DNA of 63,923 bases, the filler included, from Octopus bimaculoides (lineage: Eukaryota), in the NCBI RefSeq assembly GCF_001194135.2. It is 4 parts of 4 records of this genome, joined end to end, with 100 filler letters (N's around TTAATTAATTAA, not from the genome) between each part and the next. Parts side by side here need not be neighbours in the genome. Positions count along the whole stretch, not along the records: positions 61,510 to 63,923 come from NC_068982.1; 3 more parts are not named here. One strand, given 5' to 3'. The notes below the pieces were generated by a model, which made no database searches, was not told the origin of the DNA, and worked only from the letters and a program-made list of their open reading frames with translations. The translations under genes and the position numbers were made by a program. This document shows positions 63,598 through 63,923 of this stretch, in pieces. The number at the start of each line of letters is the position of its first letter. The first letter of the stretch is position 1.

Positions 63598-63912
63598 ATC
63601 CAAAAGAGATATTTCGAGAACGGAACGGATTGAACGATGTGATCGTAGAGTACCGAAAGCACAAGATCCGCAAGGCCGGACATATCACAAGGTTTCACAG
63701 ACAACAGGTGGACCCGTGCAGTTGCCGAGTGGTATCTAAAATGTCGGAAAAGCCCATTTGGAAGGCCTCCACGACGGTAGGAAAACGATTTAGTTAAGCG
63801 ATTTGGGCCATGATGGAAAAGAATAGCGCAATCAAGTCAGAAATGAAAGTGCATTGTGACTAGCAGTGTATAACAGCTTTTGATGCCTGGTCGATACTGC
63901 GATACTGCGATA
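63598..63912 (+). mobile_element. RTE-clade LINE 3' end with (GATACTGC)n tail
   Basis: DVIVEYRKHKIRKAGHITR..DNRWTRAVAEWY..GRPPRR; tail gatactgc gatactgc gata. Confidence 0.85.
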
Positions 63913-63923
63913 TATATATATAT

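Noticed and set aside
8-63923. Dozens of ORFs rich in YI, CV, HT, poly-I, poly-M or poly-S, or containing X runs
   Set aside because: They are translations of microsatellites or read through N gaps; not coding evidence

Overview
AT-rich eukaryotic genomic DNA, very dense in microsatellites, from a gappy short-read scaffold. The SINE families and repeat landscape suggest a cephalopod, probably Octopus (inference). No complete protein-coding gene, rRNA, tRNA or CRISPR array can be supported. The window is mostly transposon debris: several modular tRNA-derived SINE families (Meta-domain-like and CORE-like), three mariner remnants, a Tc1-like remnant with DD36E spacing, CR1, RTE, R4/Dong and L1/Tx1 LINE remnants, hAT and other MITEs, a Helentron-associated (HINE)-like element and two long near-perfect palindromes. 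A few isolated candidate exons lie on both strands. The most interesting signals are: (1) four short Penelope-type terminal fragments in three sequence families, each carrying a minimal type I hammerhead-ribozyme-like fold, two of the families also sharing a downstream TCCCGAGCGT box; (2) a sharply bounded CpG-decayed block at about 52-61 kb, consistent with a methylated gene body and containing a symmetric phase 1-1 candidate exon; (3) 102-bp and 113-bp-arm foldback palindromes. No novel system is proven. All family assignments come from motif recognition by eye and most coordinates of decayed elements are approximate.
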